Counted from the first letter of the stretch, positions 25,846 to 36,077 are shown. The stretch is DNA of 44,091 nt from Cyanobacteria bacterium J06626_4 (GCA_038523235.1 JBCBJQ010000044.1:1-44091), one strand, 5' to 3'. Program-made: numbers and translations. Notes: generated from the sequence alone by a model not told the origin.

Positions 25846-26110
25846 TTGAAGCAATCCGATATAAACCTTATGGCGTTAAATTGGCATCAATTGTTTATGT
25901 CTTTCGTCAAAAATTGCCTCCCAAAAGTATTGCTCAATCCTATTCGCTGCTTAATCTAGAGAAGGTATGCGGGGCAATCACCTTCTACCCGCCAACTGTT
26001 CGGATATTGATGCGTACTTCTTCTGTGAAGAGCAGGCATTTGCCCACATGCTGCAGCCTTTGCAGAGCGACGAACCTACTCTGGCGGCTAAGGCATTATC
26101 TTTGTGACGT

Positions 26111-28087
26111 TTACAGGCCGTCACTAATGACTGCATCGGGCCGCGCGACGGCATTGGTGAACGAGGCTTTGAACTGTCGATCGCGCTCCTCAAACGTTTC
26201 ACGTCCCGGTGGCCACAGGCTTTGATAGAAAAAGTAAGACACCCCCGCATAGCCGCGATCGCGCAGGGCGGCGAGCTGTGAGGTCAGCAGATCTACATCA
26301 GTGGGGCGACCGCGTAAGCCGCTGAGCAAGCCGATGCTCGTGACCGTGCGGCGACGCGACGCGAGCGTGGCGGGCTTATTGAGTTCCCAGACAAAGCGAT
26401 CCAAATCATCGCGGTAGATCTGGACGATGACTTCATCCAGCCAGCCAGCGGCTTCCCAACTGGGCCAGTCTTGCAAATATTTCGCGTAGGAAAACGGGTA
26501 AGGATTCGGTGAGACCGACAGCAGCGCTCCGGGACGGCGCTGATCGATCACCCGACGCACGTCGCCCATGAATTCGCTAACTTTATCGGCGCGCCAGCGC
26601 ATCCACTCGGGGTCGTTGATGTCAGTCGGCGGGGCATCGCCCCCATGGGATTGCTGATAGAGCGCCGTGGTGTAGGGGTCGTAGCCCATATCGACCGGCA
26701 GGCCCAGGTGATCATCGACCTGAATGCCCTCAACCTCGTAGTTGTCGAGTACTTCCGCCATGAGAAATAGCAGCAGCCGTCGGGTTTGTGGATGGAAGGG
26801 ATTCATCCAGGTGAAGGTTTCTGCCCCCATCGGAATCTCGGCGGTGCCGTCTTGCCGCTGGGTAAACCAGTCGGGATGCTCGTCGTGTAGGGCGTACTCG
26901 CCCGGAGCCATAAAGCCAAACTCAAACCAGGGAATCACCGCCATGCCTTCAGCATGGGCCAGCTCAATCAGCTCTCGCAGCATGTCGCGATCGCCCTGTT
27001 CGCGCTCAAATTGGGGGTTTTCGCCGGGCCAGAGCCGTTGCTTTTTACCCAGCCAGCGCTCCGCGATCGCGCTGGGATACTGCGTGTACCCCATGTTCCA
27101 CACGACGGGATAGAGGGTGTTGATATTTAGTGCCTTGAGTCGCTGCACCCCCTCAGCCAAGTTGTCTTTAGAAAAGAGCACTTCGCTGTCAATATTGGTC
27201 AACCAGACGCCGCGCACTTCGGGGTCGGGCTGCGCTTGCTCGAGCAACGACTGCGGGCGAGCGACCCAGGTCGGGTCAATGGTCGCCTGCAGGGCGCGAT
27301 CGGGGTGAGCCTGGCAAATCAGTGCCGCCATTTCGCCACGAGTGATGGGGCGCGTGCTCTCAACCTGTTGCGCCTCTGGATAGTTGACCAGCACCTCAGC
27401 CGCCAAGGCTGCCGCCACCCCTTCGAGGCCGTAGTCAGGCACGCGATCACCATCTGGCAGACTCTCGGCGAGCAGTTCGTTAGCGCGGGCTGTGTAGGGC
27501 AGTCCGGCTTTGGCGGCGAGGGCACTAATCGCCTCAGCGCGAGTAATCACCCGATCGGGCTCGTAGTATTGCTCGGGATAGGTGTAGAGCACGTTCACCG
27601 GGGAGGGCAGCTGCAGTGCTGTTTCTAAGGGGGTAGCCACGCCGTAGATCGTCGTGGCCGGAAAGCTCTGGTTGAGCATGGTGACGGCGGCTGTCCAGGT
27701 GGTGCCGGACTCGGGCAAAAAGCGCGCCTCATCGAGGATCTCAATGCCTTCGGGATACAGGCCGGGCACATCGTTTAGGGGCAAGGCGCGGCGACGGGCC
27801 AGGGCGTCGATGCAGTCAGCCGCCCAGTGGTCGCTGATATCTTGAGGGATCGGCGCGGCAGGCACTACGGGGCTATCTGCATCGTTGAGGAGATCGTCAA
27901 GCAATCCTTGAGCCGTCAACTTGGGGGGAGTTGCCGCTGAGGGGGATTGCGCCATCAGCGGCGTAAACACACCCATCACCAGCGCCAAAATTAATCCCAG
28001 CGCCAGGCCCGTCATAAACCGTTGCGGGGTGGGGTGCGATCGCGATCGCCGCTGCCGTCCCGCCGAAGAATGTCCTGATGAGCCCAT
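26111..28087 (-). CDS. SLH-domain GHL10 (DUF187) family glycoside hydrolase
   Basis: EVRGVWLTNIDS, NTLYPVVWN, IPWFEFGF and GIQVDDH; SLH-like HWAADCI, ITRAEA and ITRGEMAA; the likely ATG at 28087 overlaps the SUI1 stop (TAATG). Confidence 0.88.
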   Translation of the reverse strand: MGSSGHSSAGRQRRSRSHPTPQRFMTGLALGLILALVMGVFTPLMAQSPSAATPPKLTAQGLLDDLLNDADSPVVPAAPIPQDISDHWAADCIDALARRRALPLNDVPGLYPEGIEILDEARFLPESGTTWTAAVTMLNQSFPATTIYGVATPLETALQLPSPVNVLYTYPEQYYEPDRVITRAEAISALAAKAGLPYTARANELLAESLPDGDRVPDYGLEGVAAALAAEVLVNYPEAQQVESTRPITRGEMAALICQAHPDRALQATIDPTWVARPQSLLEQAQPDPEVRGVWLTNIDSEVLFSKDNLAEGVQRLKALNINTLYPVVWNMGYTQYPSAIAERWLGKKQRLWPGENPQFEREQGDRDMLRELIELAHAEGMAVIPWFEFGFMAPGEYALHDEHPDWFTQRQDGTAEIPMGAETFTWMNPFHPQTRRLLLFLMAEVLDNYEVEGIQVDDHLGLPVDMGYDPYTTALYQQSHGGDAPPTDINDPEWMRWRADKVSEFMGDVRRVIDQRRPGALLSVSPNPYPFSYAKYLQDWPSWEAAGWLDEVIVQIYRDDLDRFVWELNKPATLASRRRTVTSIGLLSGLRGRPTDVDLLTSQLAALRDRGYAGVSYFFYQSLWPPGRETFEERDRQFKASFTNAVARPDAVISDGL

Positions 28088-28446
28088 TAACCGCCACTCC
28101 TTTTTGCGGTGTATCCCGCTTTTTGCAAAGATTCCAGCAGGGTCGCTGCGTGATCGCCCTGAATTTCGATGGTGTCGTCTTTGGCCGTGCCGCCAGTACC
28201 GCATTGGGCTTTTAGCTTTTTCGCCAGTGCTTTTAACGTCTCCGGCTTATGTTGAAAGCCGCTGATCAGGGTGACTGTTTTGCCGCCGCGCCCTTTGCGA
28301 CTCACCATCACTTTGACCGATTGTTTCTGAGGCGGTAGATCGGCCACCCCCCTCGCCGTCGCCGCAGTGCGCTCGGTGGCGAATTCGGAATAGGCGAGGC
28401 GATCGCCCGAAGACTGCTTGGCGCGCGATGATTTCTGCTTACCCAT
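28087..28446 (-). CDS. yciH: Translation initiation factor SUI1 family protein
   Basis: RKGRGGKTVTLISG, LKAQCGTGGTAKDDTIEIQGDH. Confidence 0.93.
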   Translation of the reverse strand: MGKQKSSRAKQSSGDRLAYSEFATERTAATARGVADLPPQKQSVKVMVSRKGRGGKTVTLISGFQHKPETLKALAKKLKAQCGTGGTAKDDTIEIQGDHAATLLESLQKAGYTAKRSGG

Positions 28447-28718
28447 AGATCTCAGCGTAGAGAACGAACAGCGCTCGATAACGGATTGGCTGGGGACTTA
28501 GCCAGACTAATTTCTTACCCTACTACCGTTTTGTGCATAAAACAGCCACTGGGTCGCTCGGAAAACACATGCCAGTACCGACCGTTAACTTGCCCTAAGG
28601 CTGCGAAAAGCTATCTGCCCCGCAGTAAAGTTCTGTGCCCTTTCGAAGTGCGGCGCCTCCCGGTAGCCTGATGCTGCCCCCGACTAGGCGATCGCGGATG
28701 CTGTCTGTTGTCTCCATT

Positions 28719-29009
28719 TCATGGCGTACTCGGGTGGCGCTCCCACGGCTGGCCGACAGCACTACGCACGGCATACCAGCCAACCGGAAGATTGGCCAGT
28801 TGTTTGATGGTCGGGTCATGGTCAGCCATCCGCCGCAGCGAAACGACCATGGCGTTCGCTACGGTGACGTTGTCACCATCCAGGAATTGCCAGCCACCGT
28901 CATCTTCATCGTGGGTGACGTGCAGAATTGGAGTGGAACCATCCAAAATGTGGACAAGCGTAATGACGGCGCAGTTGTCCGGGTTATCGAACGCCCAGTC
29001 GTCTTTCAT
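28719..29009 (-). CDS. Small DUF2185/Imm33-like protein
   Basis: ILHVTHDEDDGGWQFLDG, DPTIKQLANLPVGWYAVR...W. Confidence 0.65.
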   Translation of the reverse strand: MKDDWAFDNPDNCAVITLVHILDGSTPILHVTHDEDDGGWQFLDGDNVTVANAMVVSLRRMADHDPTIKQLANLPVGWYAVRSAVGQPWERHPSTP

Positions 29010-29202
29010 GGCGATTTATTTCCTTGACTGTTAGACGATGATGATCTTTCCTTCTCTACGTGAGCAGGTCAGTCGGACAAAGGTTGTCGAACTCATGTTT
29101 TTGAGACAAACTCTGATGTGAGAAAGCGAGGTTTTGTGACATTGGCGATCTCCTCCAGAGACGACTTTCGGTGTAACCGTCTTACTGCATTTGGTAATTT
29201 TC

Positions 29203-29871
29203 ATGCCTGCGATTACAGCCCAGCCCTATCCCTATTCGCTACCGGCTGCGGGCCAGCTGGCGCTGGTGATTATTGATATGCAGCGAGATTTTTTAGAGCC
29301 CGGCGGCTTTGGGGAAGCATTGGGCAATGATGTCTCGCCGCTGCGGGCGATCACGCCCAATATTCAAACCCTGCAGCAGACCTTTCGTGAACAGGGTTGG
29401 CTGATTATTCAAACGGTTGAGGGGCATCAGGCCGACCTGTCTGACTGTCCGCCTGCTAAGCGCGATCGCGGTCAGGCGGCGCTGAAGATTGGCGATCCGG
29501 GGCCGATGGGGCGCATTTTGGTGCTGGGTGAGCCGGGTAACGCGATCATTCCCGAACTGGCTCCCAAGGCTGATGAAATCGTGATCGAAAAGCCCGGTAA
29601 AGGGGCTTTTTATGCCACCCCGCTGCAGGCGATCTTGCAACGCCACCGCATCACCCATCTGTTGTTTACCGGCGTCACGGCGGAAGTGTGCGTGCAGAGC
29701 ACCATGCGCGAAGCCAACGATCGCGGCTACGAATGTTTGCTCGTCGAAGACGGCACCGCCAGCTATTTTCCGGAATTTAAGCAGGCGACTTTGGCCATGA
29801 TGCGCGCCCAGGGCGGCATCGTCGGCTGGACGGCCACTACGGCTCAGGTGCTGGCGGGTCTGAGTGCCTAA
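29203..29871 (+). CDS. Isochorismatase-family cysteine hydrolase, biuret hydrolase (BiuH)-like
   Basis: D-K-C triad motifs [19 protein letters not shown] and [19 protein letters not shown]; also EGH..DLSD. Confidence 0.85.
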   Translation: MPAITAQPYPYSLPAAGQLALVIIDMQRDFLEPGGFGEALGNDVSPLRAITPNIQTLQQTFREQGWLIIQTVEGHQADLSDCPPAKRDRGQAALKIGDPGPMGRILVLGEPGNAIIPELAPKADEIVIEKPGKGAFYATPLQAILQRHRITHLLFTGVTAEVCVQSTMREANDRGYECLLVEDGTASYFPEFKQATLAMMRAQGGIVGWTATTAQVLAGLSA

Positions 29872-29966
29872 GCCTATGACCTAAGGGCGCTGGGCGCAAA
29901 GCCGATCGCCTACCCAACCCTGCCAGCCAGCATTGTATCCTCAGGAGCTGATTCCAGCGCGGAGCC

Positions 29967-31310
29967 CTAGGCTTCGCCTGTGATCGAAAGGGACTCCACC
30001 CAAATGCGCGGGCAAACGCCCCCCGGCGTAATCTCCGGTTCCGCTTCCACATGAATGATCGACTGCAGCAGTTCCCGAAAATCTCCGGCCACCGTTGCCG
30101 ATTCGATGCTGACTTTTTCGCCTTTGTTGACCAGCCAGCCATCAAACGGTAAGGAAAAAGAGCCCTGCAGCGCGTTGACTCCGGCATGCAGCGCCTGCAC
30201 ATCGTCGATAAACACGACATTTTCTGCCGTGTCTAGGCTTAAGGATTGGCCCGACGGCTGCGCCGCCATCACGTGATAAAAGTTGGCACCCACACTGACC
30301 TTGGCTCCAATGCTGGCATGGCCGGTGGGTTGAGCTCCCATCCGTTTGGCCGTTCCCGCACTGTGCATAAAATTGCTCAGCACGCCTTCACTGATGATCG
30401 GCAGGCGGCGGGTGGGGGTGCCTTCGCCGTCGAAGGCTTCAGGGCTGACATTTTCTGCATGGAGGGCGTCGTCATACACCGTCAACAGCGACACCGCTAC
30501 CTGACTGCCCAGCGACTCAGCGGTGGAGAGACTGCGGTTATCCAAAATGCTCTGGGCGTTGTATAGGTTCGAAAATGCATCTAGCAGACTTAAAAAGGCT
30601 TCGGCAGAAAAGACGACGGGATATTTGCCCGATTCGATTTTCTGGTAGTCCAAATGGCTGATGGTTTTTTCTGCCGCTTCGTGAATGCAGGCGTCAACAT
30701 CCAGCTTGGGCAACCCTCGCTGAATCCGTACAGCTCCCGCCGATCGCGGCTTGCGGTTTTCTTGCTCGGTCTTGCTGTAGAGGTACACCGAGGCATAGCT
30801 GCGCCCCTCTTGCCGTAGCGCGCCGTCACTGTTGAGATAAAAGCGATCTACCTCGCGCTGGGCAATGCCGTTGTAGGGCACTGAGGCGATCGCGGGGTGA
30901 GCGTCGAGCAGAGCTTTTTCGGCCCCGACTAGCGCCTGAATCAAATCTTGAATATCGGCGGGGGGCACCTTGTCATAATCGACCGGGGTCATCGGCGCGG
31001 TCGATTCGGGGCTGAAATCAGGCAAATTGTCCTTGGCGCCAAAGGCACTGGCATCGGCGGCGGTTTGCAGCGCTAGCTCAATGCCGCTGGGGTCGACATC
31101 GGTCGTGGTCGTCACCCCGACTAAGCCCTGCTCATTCCACACGCGCACAATCACGCTCGATCGCTGCGATGCTTTGACTTGCTTGGGCTCTCCCTGATCG
31201 ACTTGCACACTGGTTTCGTCTACGGAAGACCCATACACGTCGTATTTGTGGATGCCTTGCTTTTGGGCACTTTCTTCGGCGTAGGCAGCAATTTCTTGAA
31301 GCGTTGGCAT
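29967..31310 (-). CDS. pmbA: TldD/PmbA family protein (PmbA/TldE-like)
   Basis: GKYPVVFS, FDGEGTPT, LHAGVNALQGSFS and IESATVAGDF; no HExxH seen. Confidence 0.85.
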   Translation of the reverse strand: MPTLQEIAAYAEESAQKQGIHKYDVYGSSVDETSVQVDQGEPKQVKASQRSSVIVRVWNEQGLVGVTTTTDVDPSGIELALQTAADASAFGAKDNLPDFSPESTAPMTPVDYDKVPPADIQDLIQALVGAEKALLDAHPAIASVPYNGIAQREVDRFYLNSDGALRQEGRSYASVYLYSKTEQENRKPRSAGAVRIQRGLPKLDVDACIHEAAEKTISHLDYQKIESGKYPVVFSAEAFLSLLDAFSNLYNAQSILDNRSLSTAESLGSQVAVSLLTVYDDALHAENVSPEAFDGEGTPTRRLPIISEGVLSNFMHSAGTAKRMGAQPTGHASIGAKVSVGANFYHVMAAQPSGQSLSLDTAENVVFIDDVQALHAGVNALQGSFSLPFDGWLVNKGEKVSIESATVAGDFRELLQSIIHVEAEPEITPGGVCPRIWVESLSITGEA

Positions 31311-31571
31311 AGTCGTCCGCTGATCCTTTCAATATTCAATCTGTGTCTATTCTAAAAGGCTGGGTGATCGGGCAGGGGAAATTTGCCCTGCCGAATCGAG
31401 ACGTTAGAGTGGTGTTGAGTGGCTGGTTGGAGACTTGTCCTTTACTAGACCTTATCGGTAAAAAAGGGGAGTGAAATGGCCTCAAACGCTTATCCAGCAA
31501 AGGCTTCAGCCTGTTTTTGCCCGATCCCTGAAAGCCTCGTATAGCAAGGCTTTCGCTATTTCCGATTAAGT

Positions 31572-34079
31572 CTACTGATTTAGGCAAAACTCGGTTTTAT
31601 TAAGCGTGACCGGATAAGCCTCCTCAAACCAGTCGGTGGCGATCGCGTTCTCCGCATCGCTAACGAGGAACTGGTTGACGGTGGTACGCCATTCGGAGTC
31701 ATCGTTCGGCAAGATGAGACCATAAAAGTCGCACGTTAGCGGCAGCTCAGGAATCAGTGCAAAGTCCTGTACCGATCCCTGATCGAGCCGCACCTGGGCA
31801 TAGGACAAAATGCCATCCCCGACAAACGCGTCGATTTCGCCCGTGGTGGCAGCGGCAATCCCCTCTTGGCGACCTTCCACCCCGGAAAACAGCACAATGT
31901 CAGCCTCCGGATACGTCTCTTCAACAAACGTCTGCGTAGTGGAATTGCTCAAGACGCCCAACCGCACATCCGCCAGCGGCGTGTTGGGATTCACGCTGGC
32001 TGCGTTGCTCACCGGCACTAAAAACTGCGTGCTCGCCACAAAGAAAGGATTGGAAAAGATCACCCCCTCCACATCATTGCGAATAGTGTTGGGGCCACAT
32101 TCGAGATGCACGTCGTTGTTGCGCACCAGCTCAAAGCGATTGTCTAACGTTGACGTGAGTTCAGCAATCTCCACGTCAACCGGTCGATTGAGGGTGTGGG
32201 TCAGATAGCGGCTCAGACCGATCGCTAAATCGCCGCAGTAGCCATCCCACGCCTTGCGGCGATTGATAAAACCAAAGGGCGGCGCATCTTTGCGGAGCGC
32301 CATCCGCAGCACGCCAGTTGCCTCAATTTCGGTTAAGACGCTCTCTGGTCGCGGCGGCACCGTCGCGGCGATCGCGGGTGGAATGATCGGCACTGGGGCC
32401 GACTGCCCATAGGCCGTTTCAATTTGTTCGGGCGTTAGTGACGTAATAATATCCACCGTCATCGGCTGCTCGGCACTGATCTGCTTGCCATATTGGGCTG
32501 TGAGATAGGGCAAATAGGCGTCATCACCCCGCAGATACACGTTCCAAAAGGCCACACTGAGGGCCTGATAGTACGCGGCCCCGACCTCTCGGTGTTCGCC
32601 CGCGATGAGCTTGAAGAACCCCGTGGCATCGCGCCCCGGCTTCGACGAAAAATGGGTGCCCACATCAAGCATCGCCAGATATTTGGCCTCCGTCTGCAGC
32701 CAGATAAACGGATGAAACTGCTCAGTCACCACGGGCGAAACAATATCCTTAGAGCCCGACACCATGAGCAGCGGCACATCGATTTGGCCCATCCCTTCGG
32801 GGCCATACAGCGCCGACCCCAGGGGGTGCCCCGCCACCACTGCTGTGACCCGAGGATCTTTGAGATCGTAGTTTTGGGGGGGCAGATACTGCGCCCGACA
32901 TTCCAAATAGAGGGCGACGTTGAGCAGAATATTCTCGCGATCGCAGGCTTCTACCAAGCGGGCGTAATTGATCTCCGCTCCGGCGAGGGCCAAGGTGGTC
33001 GAGCTGCCGAGCGAGTCACCAGCCACGCCAATATTGTTCAAATCAAGTACTGCCGCCCATGCCGGCGATTCTGCCGCCAGCGACTCTAACTTGTCGATTA
33101 AAAACGAGATCTCTTGAGGGCGGTTAATAAACTCCATCGGGCTGAGCAGGGTGTTGAGCCGCCCCTGCAGATAGACCTCGCGATAGGCCAAGTCACTGCC
33201 GACATGGTCGGGCACCACCACGATAAAACCGTAGGATGCCAGGTGTTCAGCCAGAAAGGTGAAGCTCTCTTTGACGTCGCCAAACCCGTGGGAAATAATC
33301 ACAATCGGGGTGGGCCCAGTCAGGCCGCTGGGCAGGTAAACGTCTGAGTCAAAGTCATAGTTGACCGATAGCCCCGCTTGGGTCTGCCGCAGGGCCGGAT
33401 TGGTCACCGTGATCGTTTGCCGCGTAAATTGCCAGGAGCCGGGTTGGCTCAAATCGGCTAGTTCCGTGGTGCTGAGACCATTGGCTGTCGCTGCTTCTGC
33501 CGCTGCCTGCGCCTGCACGGCGGCCACCACGGCATTGTTATAGCTAAAGTAAATTGCCAGCTCACGGCGCAACGCGAGCAAATCACCCAGTTCAATCTCT
33601 AAGGCCGGGGTCGGAAACTCGCGCAAGACATCAATGATGGTCCACCCCGATCGGTCCGCTTTGGCCGCTGCACCGATCACCGCTGCTCGCAGGGCTTTTT
33701 GGCCATTCACGCCGCGATATACCTGAAAGATCTTGCCGAGGTTAAATAGAGCATCTCGGCCCAAAGGCGAATAGGCCAGACTATCGACCGTGACCACATC
33801 CAACGGCAGTCGGCGGTTCAACACCCGCCGTAACGCCGCCAGAGTTTCCTCATTCATAAACCGGGCGTAGAGGGCAAAATCGTCCGTGATTTCCCCGGTT
33901 TGGGCAAACGTCTCCAGCGAGTCGACCGATAAGTCAAACAACAACGGCCCGCCCACCAACAGCCTGATCGTCTCTGCACTTTGCACCGGTCGCGGTAAGA
34001 CGACTTCAGTGGCCAGGCCGATCGCGACTAGGGCCGCAGTTGAGAAACCAGTTTGCAAAAATCGGCGGAGTTTTTTCAT
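31572..34079 (-). CDS. DUF1400 + alpha/beta hydrolase fused to a periplasmic amino-acid-binding (SBP family 3) domain
   Basis: Signal-like N-terminus, AETIRL..LSVDSLETFAQTG, ISHGFG, PDHVGS, elbow GDSLG, GTHFS; C-terminal LRKDAPPFGF, DGYCGDL, NRFELV, LECGPNTI and DAFVGD. Confidence 0.85.
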   Translation of the reverse strand: MKKLRRFLQTGFSTAALVAIGLATEVVLPRPVQSAETIRLLVGGPLLFDLSVDSLETFAQTGEITDDFALYARFMNEETLAALRRVLNRRLPLDVVTVDSLAYSPLGRDALFNLGKIFQVYRGVNGQKALRAAVIGAAAKADRSGWTIIDVLREFPTPALEIELGDLLALRRELAIYFSYNNAVVAAVQAQAAAEAATANGLSTTELADLSQPGSWQFTRQTITVTNPALRQTQAGLSVNYDFDSDVYLPSGLTGPTPIVIISHGFGDVKESFTFLAEHLASYGFIVVVPDHVGSDLAYREVYLQGRLNTLLSPMEFINRPQEISFLIDKLESLAAESPAWAAVLDLNNIGVAGDSLGSSTTLALAGAEINYARLVEACDRENILLNVALYLECRAQYLPPQNYDLKDPRVTAVVAGHPLGSALYGPEGMGQIDVPLLMVSGSKDIVSPVVTEQFHPFIWLQTEAKYLAMLDVGTHFSSKPGRDATGFFKLIAGEHREVGAAYYQALSVAFWNVYLRGDDAYLPYLTAQYGKQISAEQPMTVDIITSLTPEQIETAYGQSAPVPIIPPAIAATVPPRPESVLTEIEATGVLRMALRKDAPPFGFINRRKAWDGYCGDLAIGLSRYLTHTLNRPVDVEIAELTSTLDNRFELVRNNDVHLECGPNTIRNDVEGVIFSNPFFVASTQFLVPVSNAASVNPNTPLADVRLGVLSNSTTQTFVEETYPEADIVLFSGVEGRQEGIAAATTGEIDAFVGDGILSYAQVRLDQGSVQDFALIPELPLTCDFYGLILPNDDSEWRTTVNQFLVSDAENAIATDWFEEAYPVTLNKTEFCLNQ

Positions 34080-34480
34080 TCCAGGTTGACCTAAACGTGG
34101 GGGATTGCCACCGGCAGCGATGGTAATTTGTCAGCAGAATTTTTCGACGCAATCATCACTCTACCGGCATCCGGTGACAGCACTTCCTTACAACCAGGTT
34201 TTCAATGCGAGCGGGGCTCAGCATCGCTCCGGTCAGGGTTTGACGAAGAAGATTCTGGTTCTTTTCCCGGCGGCCGGCGGCCGGTTTGATCAGGGTTTGG
34301 GGGCGCGATCGCGGCGTTCTGAGTCAGATCCTCTGGTCAACCGGCGATGGTACTGCATGCCACTGCGCTCACCTGGCTCTCTGCAGTACCATCGCTAGTG
34401 CCCTGGCAGCCACTTACCAGAGTCGTTAAGGTCAAACGGTGGATGAATACACATTTGCCCGAGTCATTGTCAGCGTCTAA

Positions 34481-35944
34481 ATGAAAGTTCTGATTTGGTT
34501 TCGTAACGATCTGCGCCTGCACGATCATGGCCCCTTGCATAAAGCCCTCCAAGCGGGCGCTGAGGTCATTCCGGTCTATTGCTTTGACCCTCGCCAGTTT
34601 GGACAAACCGCCTTTGGCTTTCCCAAAACCGGCTCATTCCGGGCGCAATTTTTAATCGAAAGCGTGGCCGACCTGCGGCGATCGCTGCTGCAGCGCGGCA
34701 GCAACCTGATGATTCGCACGGGTCTACCGGAAGCGGTCTTGCCCGCGCTAGCCGCTGAGGTGCAGGCTGACGCGATCGCCTGGCATGCCGAAGTCACTGC
34801 CGAAGAAATCGCCGTTGAGGCGGCGATCGCCGATCAGCTCAAAGCAGCGGGTCAGCGGGTGCAAACCGATTGGGGCACTACCCTCTATCACCCAGACGAT
34901 TTGCCCTTTGCCGTGGCAAAGCTGCCGAAGGTGTTTACCCAGTTTCGCAAACAGGTAGAGCGTGACAGCACTGTGCGTGAGGCGCTGCCGACCCCGACTC
35001 AGCTGCCACCCGTGCCCCCGAGCCTTGACCTCGGCACCTTGCCGACATTAGCAAGCCTGGGGCTAGCTGCGCCAGAGCCCGATCAACGTGCCGTATTGGC
35101 CTTTGTCGGTGGTGAAACGGCGGGGCTCGCTCGCTTGCAAGACTATATCTGGGAGGCCGACTGCCTCAAGGTGTATAAACAGACGCGCAACGGTATGTTG
35201 GGGGCCAATTATTCGTCCAAGTTTTCGCCCTGGCTGGCCCTGGGATGCCTCTCACCCCGCCAAATCTACCAGTCTGTGCAGCAGTATGAAACGGCGCGCG
35301 TGCGCAACGACTCGACCTACTGGCTTATTTTTGAACTGCTGTGGCGCGATTATTTTCGCTGGGTCTGCCAAAAGCACGGCGATCGCGTCTTCTATCCCTC
35401 TGGGCTCAGAGGCTTAGACATTGCCTGGAAGCAAGACTGGCCGAGATTTGATGCTTGGTGCCAGGGGCAAACGGGCTATCCGCTGGTCGATGCCAACATG
35501 CGCGAATTAGCCGCCACCGGCTTTATGTCGAACCGGGGGCGGCAAAACGTGGCCAGCTTTTTGACCAAAAATTTGGGCATTGACTGGCGAATGGGGGCCG
35601 AGTGGTTTGAATCGCTGCTGATTGACTATGACGTGTGCAGCAACTGGGGCAATTGGAACTACACCGCTGGTGTCGGCAACGATGCGCGGGGCTTCCGCTA
35701 CTTCAACATTCCGAAGCAGTCTAAGGACTATGACCCCGAGGGCGCCTACGCCAAGCATTGGCTGCCTGAGCTGCAGGCCCTCCCGCCCAAAAAAGTCCAC
35801 TCCCCTTGGCTGCTGCTGCCCGTCGAGCAAAAACGCTTTGGCGTGCAACTCGGGGTTGACTATCCTCACCCCGTCGTTGATTTGCAAAAGTCGGTCGCAG
35901 CGAACGAACAAATCTACAACGCGGCGCGATCGCGGCACGTCTGA
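34481..35944 (+). CDS. cry: Cryptochrome DASH
   Basis: WFRNDLRLHD, YKQTRNGMLG, SSKFSPWLALGCLSPR, FELLWRDYF, GFMSNRGRQNVASFL and DYDVCSNWGNW. Confidence 0.93.
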   Translation: MKVLIWFRNDLRLHDHGPLHKALQAGAEVIPVYCFDPRQFGQTAFGFPKTGSFRAQFLIESVADLRRSLLQRGSNLMIRTGLPEAVLPALAAEVQADAIAWHAEVTAEEIAVEAAIADQLKAAGQRVQTDWGTTLYHPDDLPFAVAKLPKVFTQFRKQVERDSTVREALPTPTQLPPVPPSLDLGTLPTLASLGLAAPEPDQRAVLAFVGGETAGLARLQDYIWEADCLKVYKQTRNGMLGANYSSKFSPWLALGCLSPRQIYQSVQQYETARVRNDSTYWLIFELLWRDYFRWVCQKHGDRVFYPSGLRGLDIAWKQDWPRFDAWCQGQTGYPLVDANMRELAATGFMSNRGRQNVASFLTKNLGIDWRMGAEWFESLLIDYDVCSNWGNWNYTAGVGNDARGFRYFNIPKQSKDYDPEGAYAKHWLPELQALPPKKVHSPWLLLPVEQKRFGVQLGVDYPHPVVDLQKSVAANEQIYNAARSRHV

Positions 35945-36077
35945 GCGGTTGCCCCCGAACCAGTGCTGTTTAATACTCACATCGCGGCAATTCCTGACTT
36001 GGCTGCGGTAGCGATCACGCTCCCCAGTGAAGCGATGTAGGATAGAACCGTGTAGGAGCAGTTAAGAGGTTTAAGGG

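Noticed and set aside
25846..25900. AAACCTTATGG (KPYG) after the S1 gene echoing 25621-25631, a possible second S1 remnant
   Set aside because: Only 11 nt match and the surrounding translation does not continue an S1 pattern
28088..28204. N-terminal extension of the GHL10 ORF to 28204
   Set aside because: Overlaps yciH in another frame; the TAATG-coupled start at 28087 is more plausible
29173..29185. Possible NtcA site upstream of the BiuH-like gene
   Set aside because: GTA-ACCGTCT-TAC has a 7-nt spacer rather than the canonical GTA-N8-TAC
29887..29909. GCG-CTGGGCGCAAAGCCG-ATCGC as a small insert splitting a HIP1 site
   Set aside because: Single occurrence, 15-nt insert and no second copy in the window to support it
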